Shown here: piece by piece, positions 26,276 through 32,000 of the stretch
Numbering within the stretch: position 1 is the first letter of the stretch
Layout: each line of letters begins with the position of its first letter
Origin: an uncultured Chloroflexia bacterium
GTDB lineage: Bacteria > Chloroflexota > Ktedonobacteria > Ktedonobacterales > JADMIN01
DNA: 32,000 nt
Direction of reading: 5' to 3'
Assembly (NCBI GenBank): GCA_963718915.1
Contig: CAVRAI010000015.1
Coordinates: 480,001 to 512,000, forward strand
Program-made: the position numbers and the translations under genes
Notes under the pieces: model-generated
Database searches by the model: none
Told to the model about the DNA's origin: nothing
Seen by the model: the letters and a program-made list of their open reading frames with translations, nothing else

Positions 26276-27763
26276 ATGGCGAGTGTGACGGCGCCAATCG
26301 AGGCGAGTAGGCCAGAGCGGCCATTTTTCGGCATCCTGCGCCGTGGCTACGGCTACCGCGCTCTGCTGTATCTACTGCTGGCGCCTATGGTCGCCTCGCT
26401 CTATCTGTTTTTCTTTGTGCAGATTATCGGGTTTTCGCAGGGTACACTTCCCCTGCTTGCGCCGATCCTCCTCCTGGTGTTTGCGTGGCCGCTCAGCCTC
26501 GTCGAGCGCGGTCTGGCGCATGCGCTGCTCGGCGTCAACTTCACACCGATGGCGCGGCCACTGCCCCCCAACTCATCCGCCTGGGACCACTTCAAGGCAC
26601 ACCTGCTCAATCAAGTCACCTGGAAGAGTCTGGTCTATCTCGTCAGTCGCGTCATTTTCGGCATCTTCGCATTTGTGCTGACGCCGATTCTGCTCACCAT
26701 CTCGCTCGCTTGCCTGCTTGGCCCACTGTCCTATCTCGCCACGCTCAACGTAGACTGGTACGCGGTGGGAACCTTCTTGCAGACACACGGTTACTTCTTC
26801 GGCGACTTTGCCATCTGGTACTCGCGGCAGATCGTGCCTTACGTGCATTCGAGCTTTCCAAACACCATCATCTCGCTCGTGCTTATTCCCGTGGGCGTTG
26901 TACTGTGCGCGGCGGCCTTGCACGTTTTTCATAGCGTTGGCGCTGGCTGGGGCTGGTACGCCAGAAACATGCTTGGCATCAATCCTAAAGACATCGAGCT
27001 TGCCCAGGCGCGGGCCGCGACAGTGGCTGCCAGAACGCGTGCGGATGAGGCCGAGAAGGACCGCCGCCAGCTCATTCTGGATGCGTCGCACGAATTGCGC
27101 ACACCCGTCGCGACGATTCGCGCCCACATTGATTCGGTGCTAATTCTGCAAGGTGAGCATCTGCCCGAACAAGTGCGCGCCTATCTGGCCACCACCCAAC
27201 ACGAGATCGAGCGTTTGAGCCTGCTGGTGGACGACCTGCTGATGCTGGCGCGGGCTGATAGCGACGGGCTGCAGTTGACCATTCAGCCAGTGAATGCTGG
27301 CGCGGTCGTCGAAGAGGTCTTTCAGGCGCTGGAGCCGTTGGCCGCCCATGAGCGGCAGGTCACGCTCGTGCGCCAGGTTGCCGATAATCTACCCGAGGTG
27401 TTGGCTGACCGCGAGCGACTGGCCCAGGTCATCCTGAACCTGGCGCGCAACGCGATCACCTATACGCCCGCTGGTGGAATCGTCTCACTCGACGTCGCAC
27501 TGAGTGACGAGCCGAATACCCTGAAAATTACCGTGACCGACACGGGCATTGGTATGGCTGAGGATGACCTGCCGCGTGTCTTCGAGCGGTTCTACCGTAC
27601 CGACGCATCGCGCGCGCGCCATTCCGGCGGCTTTGGCCTTGGCCTCTCGATCACGCGCGATCTTATCCAGGCTATGGGGGGCAGCGTGAAGGCCGAAAGC
27701 ATCCCGGCGGGCGGAAGTCGCTTCACCGTCACCCTGCCAACCGCGCCGGGAGTATCCGCATGA
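26276..27763 (+). CDS. Sensor histidine kinase with polytopic N-terminal sensor domain
   Basis: H-box SHELRTPVATI, N-box LNLARNAITYT, and G-boxes DTGIGM and GGFGLGLSI. GGAAGGGGA RBS precedes ATG 26276. The upstream part of ORF 25544.. is Arg-rich junk that overlaps real genes. Confidence 0.9.
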   Translation: MASVTAPIEASRPERPFFGILRRGYGYRALLYLLLAPMVASLYLFFFVQIIGFSQGTLPLLAPILLLVFAWPLSLVERGLAHALLGVNFTPMARPLPPNSSAWDHFKAHLLNQVTWKSLVYLVSRVIFGIFAFVLTPILLTISLACLLGPLSYLATLNVDWYAVGTFLQTHGYFFGDFAIWYSRQIVPYVHSSFPNTIISLVLIPVGVVLCAAALHVFHSVGAGWGWYARNMLGINPKDIELAQARAATVAARTRADEAEKDRRQLILDASHELRTPVATIRAHIDSVLILQGEHLPEQVRAYLATTQHEIERLSLLVDDLLMLARADSDGLQLTIQPVNAGAVVEEVFQALEPLAAHERQVTLVRQVADNLPEVLADRERLAQVILNLARNAITYTPAGGIVSLDVALSDEPNTLKITVTDTGIGMAEDDLPRVFERFYRTDASRARHSGGFGLGLSITRDLIQAMGGSVKAESIPAGGSRFTVTLPTAPGVSA

Positions 27764-27794
27764 TGAGAGCAATGAGACTCAGGAAGGATAGGTG

Positions 27795-28502
27795 ATGGCA
27801 CGCATTTTGATCGTCGAGGACGAGGTCGCGCTCTCCGACATCCTGCGTGCCAACCTCGAGGCCGAAGGGCATACAGTCTGTCAGGCGTTTGATGGTCCGT
27901 CTTCGCTCGCGCTGGTCGAAAGTCAGCAGCCGCAACTGGTCATTCTCGACTGGATGCTGCCTGGCCTGGATGGCCTCTCGGTCTGTCGCCGGGTCCGCGA
28001 GAAACACCTGATGCCTATTCTGATGCTGACGGCGCGCGCCAGTGAGGTAGATCGCGTGCTCGGTCTGGAGGTCGGCGCGGATGACTATGTGGTCAAGCCG
28101 TTTAGCACGCAGGAACTGCTGGCGCGGGTGCGTGCCATGCTTCGCCGGATTGCGTTCGACACGCGGACGGCGCTCCCATATACAGGGACAGGGAGCATGC
28201 CGCCAGCAGAAGGCGCCATCGCCCATGGATCACTGCGCGTTGACCCGACAGCCCGTAGCGCTACCCTCGACGATGCGATCCTTGATCTGACTCCAAAAGA
28301 ATTCGATCTTCTGTTGCTGTTTGTCACCTACCCTAACCGTGCGTTCAGCCGCTCATTTCTGCTCAGCCAACTCTGGATCGACGATTTCGACCGGATTGAC
28401 CGCGTTGTCGACGCCCACATTACCCGTCTACGCAAGAAGCTGGGCCCGTTCGGCGACCGCATCGTGACCGTATGGAGTGTAGGCTACCGCTTCGAACCGT
28501 AA
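27795..28502 (+). CDS. OmpR/PhoB-family response regulator
   Basis: Receiver motifs ILIVEDE, LVILDWMLPGLDG and KPF. The winged-helix end reads TPKEFDLLLLF...VDAHITRLRKKL...VWSVGYRF. Confidence 0.9.
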   Translation: MARILIVEDEVALSDILRANLEAEGHTVCQAFDGPSSLALVESQQPQLVILDWMLPGLDGLSVCRRVREKHLMPILMLTARASEVDRVLGLEVGADDYVVKPFSTQELLARVRAMLRRIAFDTRTALPYTGTGSMPPAEGAIAHGSLRVDPTARSATLDDAILDLTPKEFDLLLLFVTYPNRAFSRSFLLSQLWIDDFDRIDRVVDAHITRLRKKLGPFGDRIVTVWSVGYRFEP

Positions 28503-28641
28503 TGCACTCAGACTCCAACTCACTTCTGCGCATTGCATTCCAATCGCTATTTCATCTCGGCGTCGCACACTTGACATGGCTTCTTACATGGCCTCGGATA
28601 ATCTCTTCACAGAAATGTGACGCGAGTTTTGGCCGCATCCC

Positions 28642-28670
28642 TTGACATATTCGATACAATAAGATATATC
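28642..28670 (+). promoter_or_regulatory. Near-consensus sigma70-type promoter upstream of the padR leader
   Basis: TTGACA (28642-28647), a 17-nt spacer, then TATATC (28665-28670), in an AT-rich patch. Confidence 0.5.
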
Positions 28671-28739
28671 TTTAAATAAGGACGAGCGATATGCGGCACT
28701 GGCATAAGGGAGTGACAACGAATTCAGTGCAGTCAACTA

Positions 28740-29044
28740 CCCCAGGGGTAAACCCAGGGGTTTGCAGCTAGCCCGGAACGACAAAGCCGCCGCGTGTGGC
28801 CGATTGACGGCGGCCCGGCAGAACCGAAGCCCTGCCGCGTGTGCCTCATCGGAGGCCGTACGTCAAACATTTTACCCCGGCAACGATTCCTGCCGGGAAC
28901 CCGCGAATGTTCAATTGGGGAGGTGCGATGTGCAAACCGTTCGCTCCGCCAAAGCGGAGTGCCTAAGCACACAGGCAGTATAGCACACCAAGCGGGAGAG
29001 CGGCGCTTACCCCCTACCTGAAGGTAGGGGCCTCCGCGCCGGAG
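28740..29044 (+). promoter_or_regulatory. Hairpin-dense candidate 5' leader / cis-regulatory RNA ahead of padR (strand and class uncertain)
   Basis: Hairpins at 28740-28760, 28786-28814, 28817-28836, 28876-28897, 28942-28961 and 29011-29030 (8 bp, TGAA loop). CTCC (29032-29035) can pair with GGAG (29041-29044) of the RBS. Confidence 0.35.
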
Positions 29045-29061
29045 AAAGGGTGATTCACACG

Positions 29062-30036
29062 ATGAAAGGTATGGAGAGCAGCATGTTTGGATCACATGAT
29101 CGCCCGGCATTTGCCTGGGGCGGCTCTGATGGGCCAGATGGCGATTGGGAATGGTCGGAACGCCCCACGATTGATGAACAGATTGGCTATCACTGGGGAC
29201 CACGACCGTTCCGCCCGCCATTTCGCGGGCCGTTTGGCAGACCATTCTTCGGTGGGCCGTTTTTTGAAAGGCCATTTCACCACATGATGCGACGAGGACC
29301 ATTTAATTTTGGAGGCGGCGCCCGCATGTTCGGGCGTGGCGACCTCAAGTATGCGTTGCTCGGCCTGTTGCAGGAACATCCCAAGCACGGGTACGAGATG
29401 ATTAAGGATTTAGAAGATCGCTCCGGCGGGTTCTATAGCCCCAGCGCGGGCGCAATCTATCCCACGCTTCAGTTGCTCGAAGATCGCGGCTGGGTCAGCG
29501 TGGAAGTTAACGAAGGCAAGAAGATTTATACGATTACCGATGCAGGCGGAGAGGCGCTCTCCGAGTACCAGGAGCGTTCCAGCGGTTTCCCGTTCGGCGG
29601 CCCAGGCTTCGGCCCGTTTGGTGGCCCGGGCTTCGGTCCGCATGGGCCTCACGGGCATCACGAACGCCCTGAGCGGCCTGAGCGGCCTGAGCGCCCGGAA
29701 CGACCTGGGCGCGGACGGCGGGGCGACTGGGGCGACTGGGGTAACCAGCGGCGCGGCCCATGGGGGCCGTTCGGCTGGGAGTTCGGCGCGGAACTGCGCG
29801 CGCTGGCCCACGAGCGGAATGATGTGATCCGACTGGTGCGCGAAGCGGTTATGATTAGCGCTCGCGACCCTGAGCGGCTGAAAGAGCTGCGCGGCATCGT
29901 CGATCGCGTGCGCGCAGACCTGCTCACGTTCGTCAGTGAGCGGCCTGGCAGCCAACCGTCACAGCCGCGGCAACCACAGCAGCCAGACCAGCCCGATCAG
30001 CCGACGAGCGGCGAAGGGCCGGTCGAGACGCTCTAA
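29062..30036 (+). CDS. PadR-family transcriptional regulator with Gly/Pro/Phe/Arg-rich flanking regions
   Basis: wHTH core GDLKYALLGLLQEHPKHGYEMIKDLEDRSGGFYSPSAGAIYPTLQLLEDRGWV. GGAGAAAGGG RBS. The ERP x5 tract is encoded by a 9-nt repeat at 29662-29706. Confidence 0.85.
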   Translation: MKGMESSMFGSHDRPAFAWGGSDGPDGDWEWSERPTIDEQIGYHWGPRPFRPPFRGPFGRPFFGGPFFERPFHHMMRRGPFNFGGGARMFGRGDLKYALLGLLQEHPKHGYEMIKDLEDRSGGFYSPSAGAIYPTLQLLEDRGWVSVEVNEGKKIYTITDAGGEALSEYQERSSGFPFGGPGFGPFGGPGFGPHGPHGHHERPERPERPERPERPGRGRRGDWGDWGNQRRGPWGPFGWEFGAELRALAHERNDVIRLVREAVMISARDPERLKELRGIVDRVRADLLTFVSERPGSQPSQPRQPQQPDQPDQPTSGEGPVETL

Positions 30037-30059
30037 TCGCTGGCTCTGGTAGCGCATCT

Positions 30060-30093
30060 GCCCCTTCTCCACATCTGGAGAGGGGGCTTTCTC
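30060..30093 (+). terminator. Rho-independent terminator
   Basis: GCCCCTTCTCC pairs with GGAGAGGGGGC (11 bp, one G-U pair) around loop ACATCT, followed by TTTCTC. Confidence 0.7.
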
Positions 30094-30145
30094 ATGTCCG
30101 GCGGTTGAATGCATGTTCTATACTGAACAGCAGGAGGATCTGGTC

Positions 30146-30616
30146 ATGACATCTTCGCAGACAAACACATCCGAAACACCTGGCGACGCGACCATAGCCG
30201 CACTCTATCGCCGACTGCTGGACAGCTGGAATCGGCGAGACGCCAGCGCATTTGCCGCGCTCTTCGACGACGAGGGGCAGAGCATCGGCTTCGACGGCAG
30301 CCCGATGGGCGGACGCGATGAGATTGCCACGACGCTGGGCCAGATATTCGCCGACCACGTCACCGCGAGGTACGTTGCCAGGATTCGCGACATCCGGTTT
30401 CTCGCGCCCGATGTTGCGTTGCTGCGCGCGGTGGTCGGGATGATCCCGCCGGGGCAGGCGGACATCAACCCGGCGGTCAATGCGATGCAGACGACGGTGG
30501 CGGTGCGGCACGCGGGCGAGTGGCGCATTGCCCTGCTGCAAAACACGCCCGCGCAGTTCCACGGCAGGCCGGAGATGGCCGAGGCGCTGACGGTGGAGCT
30601 GCGTGCGTTGCTCTAG
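30146..30616 (+). CDS. SgcJ/EcaC-type NTF2-like (SnoaL/DUF4440-like) protein
   Basis: IAALYRRLLDSWNRRDASAFAALFDDEGQSIGFDGS...GRDEI...WRIALLQNTP pattern. AGGAGG lies 8 nt upstream of ATG 30146. Confidence 0.7.
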   Translation: MTSSQTNTSETPGDATIAALYRRLLDSWNRRDASAFAALFDDEGQSIGFDGSPMGGRDEIATTLGQIFADHVTARYVARIRDIRFLAPDVALLRAVVGMIPPGQADINPAVNAMQTTVAVRHAGEWRIALLQNTPAQFHGRPEMAEALTVELRALL

Positions 30617-30744
30617 TGTGAGTTGTCCTGGTTGCCCTTGTGGCGTCGCGCATGCCACAATCACGGAGGATACATACGATCAACCGTGGTGGACGCACTG
30701 TCGCGTTCGCGCCGTGCACTGTCCTGAAAGGATGGAGAACACCG

Positions 30745-31899
30745 ATGTTCTTGCGCCTCGATGACGAGCAACAGGAAATTCGTGAGCTGGTGCGCAAGTT
30801 TGCCCAGCAGGAAATCGCACCGCACGCCGAGGAATGGGACGAAGAGAGCCACTTCCCGCGCGAGCTATTCCCGGCGCTGGGTGAATTGGGGCTGGCGGGC
30901 ACGCTCGTCCCGGAGGAGTACGGCGGCGCGCAGCTCTCGCGGCTGACGGGCACACTTATCTACGAGCAGATTGCCCAGGCTGATATGTCCACCGCCGTCT
31001 GGCTCGCCGTCCACAACATGGTCAGCGGGCTGATCGCCAAATTTGGCAACGATGAGCAGCGACAGCGCTGGCTGCTGCGGATGGCGGCTGGCGAGCTACT
31101 GGGCGCGTTCGCGCTGAGCGAGGCGCACGCGGGTTCCGACGCGGCCAACATTCGCTGTCTGGCGCGGCGCGATAGCGACGACTATATCCTCAACGGCACG
31201 AAGTTCTGGGTGACCAGCGCGGGTCAGGCCGATATTTACGCGGTGATGGTGCGAACTGATCCCGATGGCGGCGCGCGCGGCATCAGCACGCTGGTCGTAG
31301 AGAAGGGTACGCCCGGCTTCTCCATCGGCAAGATGGAGCGCAAGATGGGGCTGCACTCCAGCCCAACGGGCGAACTGATCTTCGATGATTGTCGCGTGCC
31401 CGCGTCGCATCTGCTGGGCAACGAGGGCGACGGCCTGACGATTTCGCTCTCGTCGCTCGATGGTGGGCGCATCAACATTGGCGCGATTGCCACAGGCGTC
31501 GCGCAGGCCGCGCTCGACGTCAGCACCCGCTACGCGCAGGAGCGTCTCGCGTTTGGCAAGCCGATTGGCGCGTTTGAGGGCATCCAGTTTCTGCTGGCGG
31601 ATATGGCGATGAAGGTTGAGGCGTCGCGGCTGCTGGTCTATCAGGCGGCGTTCAAGATGGATGAGGGCGAGCACGCCACACCGTATGCCGCGATGGCCAA
31701 GTGCTTCGCGACCGATAGCGCGATGGCCGTCACCACCGACGCGGTACAGGTGCTCGGCGGCGCCGGATACGTACGCGACTGGCCGGTGGAGCGCTACATG
31801 CGTGATGTGAAGGTCGCCCAGATCTTCGAGGGCGCGAACCAGATCCAGCGCATCGTGATCGCCCGCTCGCTGCTCGGCACGATTGCCAAGGTGTCGTGA
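30745..31899 (+). CDS. Acyl-CoA dehydrogenase
   Basis: FALSEAHAGSDA, WVTSAG, GGAGYVRDWPVERYMRDVKVAQIFEGANQIQRIVIAR. An RBS-like AAAGGATGGAGAA precedes ATG 30745. Confidence 0.9.
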   Translation: MFLRLDDEQQEIRELVRKFAQQEIAPHAEEWDEESHFPRELFPALGELGLAGTLVPEEYGGAQLSRLTGTLIYEQIAQADMSTAVWLAVHNMVSGLIAKFGNDEQRQRWLLRMAAGELLGAFALSEAHAGSDAANIRCLARRDSDDYILNGTKFWVTSAGQADIYAVMVRTDPDGGARGISTLVVEKGTPGFSIGKMERKMGLHSSPTGELIFDDCRVPASHLLGNEGDGLTISLSSLDGGRINIGAIATGVAQAALDVSTRYAQERLAFGKPIGAFEGIQFLLADMAMKVEASRLLVYQAAFKMDEGEHATPYAAMAKCFATDSAMAVTTDAVQVLGGAGYVRDWPVERYMRDVKVAQIFEGANQIQRIVIARSLLGTIAKVS

Positions 31900-31957
31900 G
31901 GGGAGGAACTGGCCCGGATTTGATGGTGATTTACAAAGTACTGAGGGCTGGGGCGCG

Positions 31958-32000
31958 GGCGGTTAAAACCGCGCCTCCATGGCCTCTCCTGCTGCGCACG
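31958..32000 (-). repeat. Family A repeat, copy e (cut by window end)
   Basis: GGCGGTTAAAACCGCGCC (31958-31975) is the reverse complement of the GGCGCGGTTTTAACCGCC module. Confidence 0.6.

Noticed and set aside
28925-29010. c-di-GMP-I (GEMM-I) riboswitch, based on GCAAACC..UUCG, CAAAGC, GCCUAA and UUACC strings
   Set aside because: The conserved GACGCAAAGCC junction and the GAAA tetraloop/receptor arrangement are missing, and the hairpin loop here is CAAA. The resemblance is superficial.

Overview
High-GC bacterial chromosomal segment, roughly mid-60s % GC judged by eye and not computed. Multiple Ser/Thr kinases (one fused to an FHA domain), a PadR with Gly/Pro/Phe-rich tails and dispersed GC-rich hairpin repeats suggest a Chloroflexota/Ktedonobacteria-like or actinobacterial genome; that taxon call is a guess. 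About 30 credible protein genes are present. They include a partial APC permease, flavin amine oxidase and SCP2 protein, a NucS-like PD-(D/E)xK nuclease on a low-GC islet, a DUF4037 protein and a SAM methyltransferase. Further genes are a frameshifted hyper-acidic low-complexity protein, a CitE/malyl-CoA-lyase-like enzyme, an IS3-family element, cytochrome P450, two Ser/Thr kinases, enolase and an alpha/beta-fold protein lacking its nucleophile. The rest are DUF3052, YdeI, an RHH protein, a cation/H+ antiporter, rhodanese, a histidine kinase/OmpR pair, PadR, an NTF2-like protein and an acyl-CoA dehydrogenase. I found no rRNA, tRNA or CRISPR. The most unusual parts are: (1) a ~0.9 kb ORF-poor stretch (6018-6935) with a near-consensus promoter, a GNRA-capped hairpin and a terminator-like hairpin, just upstream of a ~485-aa protein with almost no basic residues; (2) a perfect 19-nt x 5.6 tandem array plus hairpin beside an IS3 element in a lower-GC patch; (3) two dispersed hairpin-repeat families, one showing compensatory stem changes and one copy bounded by 22-bp inverted repeats; (4) a hairpin-dense ~390-nt putative leader ahead of padR that can sequester its RBS. 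No complete known defence or mobile system could be assigned. All functional calls rest on motif recognition by eye, without database searches.
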